Positions 55,774 through 64,000 of a DNA stretch of 64,000 nt are shown here, in pieces (the first letter of the stretch is position 1; every line of letters begins with the position of its first letter). Under the pieces are notes generated by a model. It saw only the letters and a list, made by a program, of their open reading frames with translations, searched no databases and was not told where the DNA came from. The DNA comes from Candidatus Parcubacteria bacterium (GTDB taxonomy: Bacteria > Patescibacteriota > Saccharimonadia > UBA4664 > JBIOIQ01): contig OY970378.1 of assembly GCA_963718875.1 (NCBI GenBank), forward strand, positions 477,373 through 541,372. The letters run 5' to 3'. Made by a program: the position numbers and the translations under genes.

Positions 55774-56895
55774 ATGGCAGATTTAACCGAAATTAGTTCT
55801 CAGCTCAAAAGCTTACTCGCTCGCGTGCAGCAGGCTATTTTGCAACTCGATGTTACAAGCGACGAAGTTAAAATTGCGGAGCTGACAAAGATTACACTCG
55901 AACCCACATTTTGGAACGACCAAGCTAAAGCTACCGAAATTTCTCAGGAACTAGCCCAGCTTACAAAACATGTAGGCGGTTGGCGAGATTTGGAAAAGAC
56001 GGTGGCTGAAGCGCTAGAACTAGTGACTTTAAGCCGAGAAGAAGAGAATCTGGACGAGTCTCTGGTGGCCGAAATAGCCTCGCAGCTTGAATGGGCGGAG
56101 GGCGAATTTCGTGAACGGGAATTTGAATTAAAACTATCGGGACCGTACGACAAAAACTCAAGTATCGTATCTATTTATGCAGGTACTGGCGGTACTGATG
56201 CTCAAGATTGGGCTGAGATGCTGTTGCGTATGTATTTGCGCTATGGCGAAAAAGCTGGTTTCAAAACTGCCATATTGGATCAATCGCCGGGCGAAGAAGC
56301 CGGCATAAAGAGCGTTACTTTTGAGGTAAATGGCTCCTTTGCTTACGGAAAACTCAAAAGCGAGAAGGGTGTACATAGGCTGGTACGATTAAGTCCTTAT
56401 AATGCCGATAATTTACGTCAGACGTCATTTGCGCTAGTGGATGTTTTGCCGCAGCTAGACGCACAGCATGAATTTGAAATTGACCCCAAAGAGTTAAGGA
56501 TAGATGTCTATCGTTCTGGAGGACATGGCGGACAGTCAGTTAATACCACCGATTCAGCTGTGCGAATTACTCATATTCCTACAGGAGTGGTGGTGGCAAT
56601 TCAAAACGAACGCTCCCAGCTGCAAAATAAAGAAAAAGCCATGGCGATTCTGAAAGCTCGTTTGACCGTTTTGATGATAGAGCAGCAAAAGGCGGCCGTG
56701 TCGGAGATTCGCGGCGAAACGCAATCGGCGGCTTGGGGCAATCAAATCCGTTCTTATGTTTTGCATCCGTATACCAAGGTGAAGGATCACCGGACTGGGG
56801 CGGAGACGTCCCAAGCACACGAAGTGCTAGAAGGCGATATAGATATGTTTATAGAGGCTTATTTGCAGAGTCAAATTGGGCAAAGAGACATTTAA
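55774..56895 (+). CDS. prfB: Peptide chain release factor 2, encoded in a single frame
   Basis: GGQ ([12 protein letters not shown]), SPY in place of SPF; continuous 373-aa ORF from the N-terminus; TATAAT 7 nt before the ATG. Confidence 0.9.
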   Translation: MADLTEISSQLKSLLARVQQAILQLDVTSDEVKIAELTKITLEPTFWNDQAKATEISQELAQLTKHVGGWRDLEKTVAEALELVTLSREEENLDESLVAEIASQLEWAEGEFREREFELKLSGPYDKNSSIVSIYAGTGGTDAQDWAEMLLRMYLRYGEKAGFKTAILDQSPGEEAGIKSVTFEVNGSFAYGKLKSEKGVHRLVRLSPYNADNLRQTSFALVDVLPQLDAQHEFEIDPKELRIDVYRSGGHGGQSVNTTDSAVRITHIPTGVVVAIQNERSQLQNKEKAMAILKARLTVLMIEQQKAAVSEIRGETQSAAWGNQIRSYVLHPYTKVKDHRTGAETSQAHEVLEGDIDMFIEAYLQSQIGQRDI

Positions 56896-57018
56896 CTTTT
56901 AACATCTGGCCCTTCGACTTCGCTCAGGGCAGGTATTTGACACTTCAGTTCCTAAAAAATCAAAAGGTCAAATATAACTGTTACGCTTCATATCTTAAAT
57001 TTGTGGTAGAATAGCAGC

Positions 57019-57699
57019 GTGATTTTGTTTGATCGTGTGACAAAAATGTATGCCAATAAAAGTGTTGCCTTAAGTGGTGTGAATTTGCACATTCAGCCCA
57101 AGGAGTTTGTAACCATTGTGGGATCAAGTGGGGCGGGTAAATCCACGCTTATAAAGCTGTTGACGAGGGAAGAAACCCAGACTTCTGGAAAAATAATTGT
57201 TGGGGGGATTGATTACGACACTATTGATAAAGCTCATGTGCCGCAGCTAAGACGCAAAATCGGGGTAGTGTTTCAAGATTTTAAATTACTACCTAATCGC
57301 AGTGTATTTGAGAACGTTTCATTTGCATTGGAGGTCTCTGGAACGCGCAGTCGTGAAATTAAGCGGAGTGTGCCAAAAGTGCTCCAGCTGGTGGGCTTGC
57401 GCGGTAAGGATAAAAATTTCCCCGAAGAACTTTCAGGGGGGGAGCGACAAAGGGTAGCAATCGCCAGAGCGTTGATTCGCCAGCCCAAGATCTTGATCGC
57501 TGACGAGCCAACCGGGAACTTGGATCCTAAAAATGCTTGGGAAATTATCGAGTTATTGCTTAAAATTAATCGTTTTGGAACAACGGTATTGCTGACAACT
57601 CATAATAAAGAGATAGTTAATGCCTTGAAAAGGCGCGTCATAACGATTAATCGAGGTAGGATTGTGAAGGACGAAGAACAGGGTCGCTATGCTATTTAG
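57019..57699 (+). CDS. ftsE: Cell-division ABC ATPase FtsE
   Basis: Walker A GSSGAGKST, signature LSGGERQR, Walker B ILIADEP; GTG start 6 nt after TAGAAT. Confidence 0.9.
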   Translation: MILFDRVTKMYANKSVALSGVNLHIQPKEFVTIVGSSGAGKSTLIKLLTREETQTSGKIIVGGIDYDTIDKAHVPQLRRKIGVVFQDFKLLPNRSVFENVSFALEVSGTRSREIKRSVPKVLQLVGLRGKDKNFPEELSGGERQRVAIARALIRQPKILIADEPTGNLDPKNAWEIIELLLKINRFGTTVLLTTHNKEIVNALKRRVITINRGRIVKDEEQGRYAI

Positions 57700-57708
57700 G
57701 ATTGTGAA

Positions 57709-57842
57709 TCAAGATACAAGATACAAGATGCAAGATGCAAGCAAACCACAAGTAGCAAGTCTCAAACTGCAATTGTTTGGATCTTGGGGATTTGAAGCCA
57801 GGGCGTTGTTTGTGTCTTGTGTTTTGTTTCTTGTTTCTTGCA
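57709..57842 (+). repeat. CAAG-periodic heptad arrays in inverted orientation (ftsE-ftsX spacer)
   Basis: CAAGATACAAGATACAAGATGCAAGATGCAAG (57709-57740) and CTTGTGTTTTGTTTCTTGTTTCTTG (about 57808-57840); the arms form an imperfect long hairpin. Confidence 0.8.
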
Positions 57843-57852
57843 GGAGGGCTGC

Positions 57853-58755
57853 ATGATTACTTTTTGGCGGATTTTGCAAGCGGGTGGACATAATTTCTTG
57901 CGTAATGCTTGGTTGTCAACCGCAGCTACAGCGGTAATGACCATTACGCTGATTTTGATGACGTTTTCTTTTATTTCTAGTTCAACATTAACGGCGACTA
58001 TTAAAAACGAGACCGATAAGATAGATATATCGGTGTATTTAAAAGATGATGTAACGTCGGAACAAGTTAAGGCGTTACAGGCAAAGCTGCGCGCAAATGC
58101 CAATGTCGGAAGAGTTCAATATTTAACTAAGGCTGAAGTTAATGCAAATTTTAAGGCTACGGCCGACAAAGGTACTCAACAAGCCATAACAGTTACCGGT
58201 AACCCGCTTCCTGCCACTATGAAGATTAAAGTTAAGGATCCAAATAATTTAAATGCCGTAGCAGCAGTTATTAATGAACCAAGTATTAAAGAGATCCAAA
58301 GCGACGCCCCCAGCTATAGTGGCACGCAAAAAACGACGGTTGATCGAATAGTGCATGTCAGTAATTTCTTTAAGAGCACCAGCTTAATTGCCAGTATTAT
58401 TTTTGTGGTAGTGTCGGTTTTGATAATTTTTAACACTATTCGGATGGCAATCTTTACTAGACGAAGCGAGATTGAAATTATGCAGTTGGTGGGTGCGACA
58501 AACTGGTTTATTCGCGGACCTTTTATTATCGAGGCGGCCTTATACGGGATTATAGCCGCCATATTGGCGTTGTTCTTTTGTTATAGCTTGCTTTTAGTTG
58601 GCGCTTCAAAATTGAGTAGCTTTATTGATATTCAGTCTACTGTGTCTTTATTTCAAACCCACTCCTTGTTAGTAATACTAGCGGAGGTTGGGGCGGGAGT
58701 TTTGATTGGAATTGGCGCTAGCTTATTCGCAATGAGTCGGCATTTGAAGCTGTAG
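57853..58755 (+). CDS. ftsX: Cell-division permease-like protein FtsX
   Basis: TM1, large extracytoplasmic loop, three C-terminal TM helices; AGGAGGG RBS before ATG 57853. Confidence 0.9.
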   Translation: MITFWRILQAGGHNFLRNAWLSTAATAVMTITLILMTFSFISSSTLTATIKNETDKIDISVYLKDDVTSEQVKALQAKLRANANVGRVQYLTKAEVNANFKATADKGTQQAITVTGNPLPATMKIKVKDPNNLNAVAAVINEPSIKEIQSDAPSYSGTQKTTVDRIVHVSNFFKSTSLIASIIFVVVSVLIIFNTIRMAIFTRRSEIEIMQLVGATNWFIRGPFIIEAALYGIIAAILALFFCYSLLLVGASKLSSFIDIQSTVSLFQTHSLLVILAEVGAGVLIGIGASLFAMSRHLKL

Positions 58756-58904
58756 GAGTTAGGGACTAGTAGATCGTAGAGTAGATAGGTAAATTTCTCA
58801 ACACTAGCTACACAATCTCTGGATCAAATAAAGCAATAGCGGTTTGACAGCGTAACTGTTATGGATATAATGTAAAGCGTGTGATGAACCTGGGGGAGGA
58901 ATAG

Positions 58905-60017
58905 TTGAACGCAATGTCGAAGAATATTAGATTAAAAAAATTATTTACAACACTGATGGCAGCATCGGTGTTATTGTCTTTGGGTTTCCCGGTACACGCC
59001 GATGATTTTGATACCCAAATTAATAATTTACAGGCTAAAATTAGTGAGCAAAAGGCTGCTTTGGGTGCGTTGCAAACCCAAGCTGATACACTGGAAAACA
59101 AGTTAGCTGGAATAAATGCCCAGGTAACAGCTATTACTAACCAACTGGAACTAACATCGGCTCAGCTACGGCAAGTCAATATTCGCATAGAACAGCTGAA
59201 TCAACAGATGGCCAAACAAAAAGCTTTCTTAGCCAATAATATTAAAACTATGTATTTGCAAAGTTCAACTTCGCCACTAGAGGTTTTGCTATCCAGTGAG
59301 AGCCTGAGTGACTATTATAATAAGCAAGAATATCTAGAAAAGATCAAGGAAAAGATTCAGGAGACTTTAGAAAGTTTACTGGCTACCAAGAAAGACCTGG
59401 ACGGGCAGCAGAAACAGCTGGCTGATTTAACTGATCAACAAAAAACCCAGCAACAAGCGTTAGTAGCCCAACAGCAAGAGGCTAGCAATCTCCTAGCCCA
59501 GACGCAAGGGCAAGAAGCGGCTTATCAATCGATGGTGGTGGAAACCAATAAACAGCTGCAAGGAATTGTGGCTGCTCGTGCCGAAGCTATCCGTAGGGCT
59601 GGTATTAAGTTTTCATCGTCGGGCTGTGGAGGGTACCCGGCCGTTTGGTGTAATGCCGTTCAAGATTCAATGGTAGACGACTGGGCTTTTTATAATCGAG
59701 AGTGCGTTAGTTATGTAGCCTGGAAGCGTTGGGCGTTAGGTATGAAGCCTCAGCCAAACTACTGGGGTAATGCGGCTGACTGGTATCGATATGTAAACTC
59801 CAGCACACCTCACAGCGGCGATATAATTGTTTGGCGGGCCTATGCCAACCCATACGTAGGGTGGGCTGGTCACGTAGCGTTTGTAGAATCGGTAAATGGG
59901 TCAACTGTCACAATGAGCCAATTCAATTTTGATGTCGGGACTGGCCCAGGTAGGTTCAGTATTCTAACATTGAATATTGGCGATCCAATCCTTCAGGGCG
60001 CTGGATACATCCGTTAA
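58905..60017 (+). CDS. PcsB-like secreted coiled-coil plus CHAP-domain peptidoglycan hydrolase
   Basis: Signal peptide, ~200-aa Gln/Leu-rich coiled coil, C-terminal CHAP (..RECVSYVAWK.. Cys, ..GHVAFVESV.. His). Confidence 0.8.
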   Translation: MNAMSKNIRLKKLFTTLMAASVLLSLGFPVHADDFDTQINNLQAKISEQKAALGALQTQADTLENKLAGINAQVTAITNQLELTSAQLRQVNIRIEQLNQQMAKQKAFLANNIKTMYLQSSTSPLEVLLSSESLSDYYNKQEYLEKIKEKIQETLESLLATKKDLDGQQKQLADLTDQQKTQQQALVAQQQEASNLLAQTQGQEAAYQSMVVETNKQLQGIVAARAEAIRRAGIKFSSSGCGGYPAVWCNAVQDSMVDDWAFYNRECVSYVAWKRWALGMKPQPNYWGNAADWYRYVNSSTPHSGDIIVWRAYANPYVGWAGHVAFVESVNGSTVTMSQFNFDVGTGPGRFSILTLNIGDPILQGAGYIR

Positions 60018-60039
60018 GAAAGAAGGAAACCCAAAAGAA

Positions 60040-61197
60040 ATGCCCAAAACGATTCAGATAAAAGCTGAAACGCTGGTAATTATTGTCCTGGCAGGCTTAG
60101 CCCTCTTTACTGGTGGGTACTATACTAGGGGCTATTTGGCTACATATGGCGCCAAGGCCAATCTAACCGGTTTACAAGAGCTCGAGTCAGTTTTACGGAG
60201 CAAGTTTGATGGAAATATTGACACCAATAAATTAGTTGATGGCGCTAAAAGTGGATTAGTTGGAGCCGCCGGGGATCCTTACACGGCTTATTTGAATGCC
60301 AAAGCCGCTAAAACACTTAAAGATGACCTGGAGGGTACGTTGTCAGGCATAGGTGCTGAGGTGGGAATCCGAAAAAACCAGTTGACGGTGATTTCACCAG
60401 TACCTGGTGCTCCGGCTGCTAAAGCCGGTTTACGCAGCGGTGACGTGATATTAAAAATTAATGGGACGGATCCGTCGAACTTAAGTTTAGATGAGGCAGT
60501 TTCCAAGATTCGTGGTCCGCAAGGCTCCAAAGTAACTTTAAATATAAGTCGCGGCAAAGGTGCTCCTTACGATCTTGTTATAACCCGTGAAAACATTAAT
60601 GTACCAAGCGTAAATTACAGTCTCAAAAATGATTCGGTTGGTTATATCCAGTTAGTGCGGTTTGGGCCTGACACTGGCACTAAAGTTGAACAGGCGGCGG
60701 TTGACTTGTTGGCTCAAGGAGCGAAAAAAATTATTTTGGATGTACGTGACAATCCGGGTGGATATTTAGACGAAGCCACTAAGGTAGCTAGTCAATTCAT
60801 GGCCAGCGATAAAATGGTAGTAGAGGTGCGTCGTGGGGGTAAAACAACCGAACGTGAATACTCAACTGGTGGAGGTAAGCTTGTAGGTGTTACTACCGTG
60901 GTTTTAATAAATGGCGGAAGTGCCTCTGCCAGCGAAATATTAGCCGGGGCCTTGCATGATAACGTAGGGGCAAAACTGGTGGGGGTAAAAAGTTTTGGTA
61001 AAGGGAGTGTGCAGGAAATCGTTAATTTGGCCGGCGGCGCAGAACTAAAGGTTACAATAGCTCATTGGTATACGCCAAACGGCATAAACATAAACAAAGA
61101 AGGTATTAAGCCTAACATCTCGGTAGAGCTAACCGAGGATGATTTCAGCGCCGGGCGAGATCCGCAGCTCGACAAGGCCTTGGAGCTGCTTAAGTAA
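60040..61197 (+). CDS. ctp: Carboxy-terminal processing protease (S41) with PDZ
   Basis: TM anchor, PDZ (GLRSGDVILKING), GGSASASEI serine motif. Confidence 0.9.
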   Translation: MPKTIQIKAETLVIIVLAGLALFTGGYYTRGYLATYGAKANLTGLQELESVLRSKFDGNIDTNKLVDGAKSGLVGAAGDPYTAYLNAKAAKTLKDDLEGTLSGIGAEVGIRKNQLTVISPVPGAPAAKAGLRSGDVILKINGTDPSNLSLDEAVSKIRGPQGSKVTLNISRGKGAPYDLVITRENINVPSVNYSLKNDSVGYIQLVRFGPDTGTKVEQAAVDLLAQGAKKIILDVRDNPGGYLDEATKVASQFMASDKMVVEVRRGGKTTEREYSTGGGKLVGVTTVVLINGGSASASEILAGALHDNVGAKLVGVKSFGKGSVQEIVNLAGGAELKVTIAHWYTPNGININKEGIKPNISVELTEDDFSAGRDPQLDKALELLK

Positions 61198-61288
61198 GGC
61201 GTTGTGCTAAAAAAGAAAAGGTGGTTGGTCTCTGCTTGCGCCTGGGTTAGCGACTGGGGTATAGTGTATACAATTGTTTTAAACGGTA

Positions 61289-62962
61289 ATGTTTGGAGGA
61301 GGGCTATTGGCCAGTCGTAAGCAAACAAAATACGTGTTTGTTACAGGGGGTGTTATATCGGGCTTGGGCAAAGGGATTACAGCGGCTTCAATTGGCAACC
61401 TCTTAAAATCACGCGGTTTGTCCGTAAACATTCAAAAATGCGACCCTTATTTAAATGTTGATGCTGGGACATTAAATCCTAGAGAACATGGTGAGTGTTT
61501 TGTGACTAAGGACGGAGCTGAAACAGACCTGGACCTTGGTCATTATGAGCGTTTTTTGGATGTTGAGTTAAGCAACACTAGCTCACTTATGGCAGGGAGG
61601 GTGCTTCAGAAAGTTATTCAAGACGAGCGAGCAGGCAAGTATGAGGGCGAAGATGTGCAAATCATCCCTCATCTGACAGCGGCAATCCAAGATTATTTTT
61701 TGGCTGCTGGCAGTGGTTTCGATATTCATATCGTGGAGATTGGCGGTACAGTGGGTGATTATGAGTCGTTGAGCTTTTTGGAAGCAATTAGAGAATTTGG
61801 GCTCAAGGTGGGGCAAAAGAATTGTTTGTATGTACATCTTGTATATTTGCCGTTTTTGGGTGCCAGTCAAGAAATTAAAACTAAACCAGCTCAAAACTCG
61901 GTGCGAGATTTACGGGGCTTGGGTATTACCCCTGATATTCTGGTGGCCCGAAGCGAGCAGGCGGCCAATCCAAGCGTAAAGCGAAAGCTTAGTCAGTTTT
62001 GTGGGGTTGATGAAGCGGCCATTGCGTTATTGCCGAATGCACAAAGTATTTATCAGGTGCCACTAACTTTGGAAGATACCGAGATTGCGGATGTGATGTG
62101 TCGTAAGTTGGGTATAAAAGTTTTACGTCCAAATCACCGGGTGTGGCGAGAAATGGTTACCAGATCAATGCAGCCGTACGAACACAGAGTAAAAATTGGG
62201 GTTGTAGCTAAGTACATGGATAACCAAGACACCTATTTGTGTGTGTTTGAGGCTTTAAAAGCCGCTGGGTGGTGGAACGAGGTTATTGTTGACATTGAGT
62301 GGATTGATTCCGAAGTATTGGAACGCAAAGGCAATTTTAAGGAACTTGTCGGGTCAATGGATGGGATTGTGGTGCCTGGAGGGTTTGGAGTGAGAGGGCT
62401 TGAAGGAAAGATTCAAGCGGCTGGTTATGCATTAGAACATAAGATCCCGTATTTAGGGCTGTGCCTTGGGCTGCAAATGGCGGTAATTGCAGCAGCTCGT
62501 CGGGCTGGTTTTAAAAGTGCAACCACGTTTGAGCTTGATCGTAATAGCACCGATCAAGTTATTACTACTATGTCGGATCAATTAGGCAAAGAAAATACCG
62601 GTGGTACTATGAGACTTGGTGATTATCCTTGCGTCATTGCAAAAGGCAGCGTAGCGGCCAAAGCATACGGAAAAATGGACGCAGTTGAGCGTCATCGCCA
62701 TCGAGGTGAGTGTAATAATGATTATCGGTCACTATATGAACAATGGGGGATAAGAGTCGTTGGCACTAGTCCTGATGGAAATTTGGTTGAAATAATTGAA
62801 GGTATCAACCATCCGTTTTTCTTAGCAAGCCAGTTTCACCCTGAATTTAAATCGCGTCCAAATCGTCCACACCCTATGTTTGACGGTTTTATAAAAGCCT
62901 CTGCAGCCGGTAACGGCAACAAAAAACCTAAGAAAGTTCCCTCTGTAGCAAAAATCGCCTAA
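61289..62962 (+). CDS. pyrG: CTP synthase
   Basis: KYVFVTGGVISGLGKG, glutamine amidotransferase GLCLGLQ, HRHRGE. Confidence 0.95.
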   Translation: MFGGGLLASRKQTKYVFVTGGVISGLGKGITAASIGNLLKSRGLSVNIQKCDPYLNVDAGTLNPREHGECFVTKDGAETDLDLGHYERFLDVELSNTSSLMAGRVLQKVIQDERAGKYEGEDVQIIPHLTAAIQDYFLAAGSGFDIHIVEIGGTVGDYESLSFLEAIREFGLKVGQKNCLYVHLVYLPFLGASQEIKTKPAQNSVRDLRGLGITPDILVARSEQAANPSVKRKLSQFCGVDEAAIALLPNAQSIYQVPLTLEDTEIADVMCRKLGIKVLRPNHRVWREMVTRSMQPYEHRVKIGVVAKYMDNQDTYLCVFEALKAAGWWNEVIVDIEWIDSEVLERKGNFKELVGSMDGIVVPGGFGVRGLEGKIQAAGYALEHKIPYLGLCLGLQMAVIAAARRAGFKSATTFELDRNSTDQVITTMSDQLGKENTGGTMRLGDYPCVIAKGSVAAKAYGKMDAVERHRHRGECNNDYRSLYEQWGIRVVGTSPDGNLVEIIEGINHPFFLASQFHPEFKSRPNRPHPMFDGFIKASAAGNGNKKPKKVPSVAKIA

Positions 62963-63006
62963 GCCAAATAGGGATGTGTAATTTTAATAATTTTACAGTA
63001 GTGTTA

Positions 63007-63291
63007 TTAGGTGCTGATAGGTTTAATTGTGACGATGGTGTGTCGGACTGGCTTGCCAGTAAAATTTTTGATTTTGGATGTTTTGAAATCGACTGTACCT
63101 GCATTTTGGGCGTAGATAGTATGATCTTTCCCTATACCGGTGCCGTTGCCGGCAATCATACGGGTGCCGCGCTGGCGGACAATTATATTTCCACTTTTAA
63201 CTACCTGACCACCAAAAAGCTTAACCCCTAAACGTTGGGATTGGCTATCTCGGCCAAGTTTTGTTGATCCGCCGGCTTTTGTATGGGCCAT
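63007..63291 (-). CDS. rpmA: 50S ribosomal protein L27
   Basis: [24 protein letters not shown].. Confidence 0.95.
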   Translation of the reverse strand: MAHTKAGGSTKLGRDSQSQRLGVKLFGGQVVKSGNIIVRQRGTRMIAGNGTGIGKDHTIYAQNAGTVDFKTSKIKNFTGKPVRHTIVTIKPIST

Positions 63292-63295
63292 GGCT

Positions 63296-64000
63296 CTATG
63301 CGCTCCTTAATGCAATTAACTCTCGGCCAACTAGTTGATCTTCTCTCGAGTAGAGAAGATCGGTTTGTTTGACCGGTAAAAACTGTTTTAAAGTATAACC
63401 TAAAGCCTCAATCCGGTCAATGATATTAAGTCGCTCAAAGCTTTTTCCGCTACGCCAAGCAGGCAAGGATAAGCAGACTGGAGTATTTATATCAATTTGC
63501 TTGCGTAAGTTACTTAAAAAATTTAGCGTGAGGCTCTTGGCTTCGTTTGAGAGGTTGGTTAGCTCAGAGGCAGAGGGCTGAGAGGAAAGGGCTGGCCCTA
63601 AATAACCCTCGGTTACGACTGCCTGAAAGGGCTGGCGCCAAGACATTGAGGTAGCGTCACCGGTATCAAGTTGATAGGTGTCAGTAAAGTTAAAGTTTGT
63701 AGCTAGCCATTCTAGATTACGTTTAGTCATATCCATGAGATCGCTACTTATATCACTACCTAGTACCGGATGACCAATCAAAAGCGCCTCTTGGAGTATG
63801 ACACCAGTACCGCAAAAAGGGTCTAAGATAGTGCTCCCAGCATCAGGGTTGGCTAAGTTTATCATTATCTGAGCTAATTTGGGTGGTAACATGCCAACTT
63901 TGGAGCTTCTAGCGGGGCGGCCGTAGTCGCGTAGACCGTAGTTGGCAATGTCTTGGACGGCAATGGTTTGGCCGATATAAATATCAGAGCTAGAAGCTAC
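63296..64000 (-). CDS. Class-I SAM-dependent (THUMP/UPF0020-type) nucleic-acid methyltransferase, N-terminus outside window
   Basis: [18 protein letters not shown] motif; frame stays open upstream of M at 63892 (..[21 protein letters not shown]..) to the window edge. Confidence 0.75.
   Translation of the reverse strand, partial: VASSSDIYIGQTIAVQDIANYGLRDYGRPARSSKVGMLPPKLAQIMINLANPDAGSTILDPFCGTGVILQEALLIGHPVLGSDISSDLMDMTKRNLEWLATNFNFTDTYQLDTGDATSMSWRQPFQAVVTEGYLGPALSSQPSASELTNLSNEAKSLTLNFLSNLRKQIDINTPVCLSLPAWRSGKSFERLNIIDRIEALGYTLKQFLPVKQTDLLYSREDQLVGRELIALRSA

Noticed and set aside
62974-63231. 85-aa plus-strand ORF after pyrG
   Set aside because: It is antisense to the clearly identifiable L27 gene (rpmA).

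Overview
This window reads as a gene-dense, mostly plus-strand, low-to-moderate G+C housekeeping region. One ordinary 60-nt line I counted was about 42% G+C. Its architecture is Gram-positive-like: sortase LPXTG substrate, LCP protein, FtsEX plus a coiled-coil CHAP hydrolase, class-I LysRS, T-box leaders and many leaderless starts. I infer a Patescibacteria/CPR (Saccharibacteria-like) genome but cannot test that here.

Recognisable genes, in order:
- hisS (3' part), SPFH/band-7, HIT, rpsU, yqeY-like, ybeY, dgkA, adk, map, ftsA, ftsZ, yggT
- T-box-ileS, a SEDS protein, rplU, parA, parB, lepB, LCP, HtrA-like, prmC, prfA, rpmE
- rpsB, tsf, frr, rseP, CPBP protease, T-box-(tRNA-binding protein)-proS, mreBCD, PBP2, greA
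- class-I lysyl-tRNA synthetase fused to a B3/4 domain, serS, hpf, secA, VanZ-like, GIY-YIG
- murD fused to a PP-loop-like domain, SDR, an LPXTG surface protein, prfB, ftsE, ftsX, PcsB-like hydrolase, ctp, pyrG, rpmA, and a partial methyltransferase

Layered on this core are unusual elements:
1. A roughly 2.5 kb strongly G+C-rich island (about 51.4-53.9 kb; one sampled line was about 72% G+C). It has actinobacterial-style codon usage and encodes a coiled-coil membrane protein and a secreted Cys/Pro tandem-repeat protein. It sits beside an LPXTG adhesin-like gene, and the whole block is bracketed by copies of a palindromic repeat.
2. Two further single-gene G+C-rich insertions, at 16954-17499 and 41316-41723.
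3. Several G+C-rich units bounded by a promoter and a terminator, with poor coding potential (2137-2842, 3268-3606, 10413-10890, 16030-16480).
4. A tRNA-like gene with a complete alanine-identity acceptor stem but an aberrant anticodon arm.
5. A roughly 270 bp MITE-like element present as two inverted copies 17 kb apart.
6. A five-member family of roughly 110-130 bp imperfect palindromes.
7. CAAG-periodic heptad arrays upstream of mreB and ftsX.

All family assignments come from motifs read by eye; no database search was possible.
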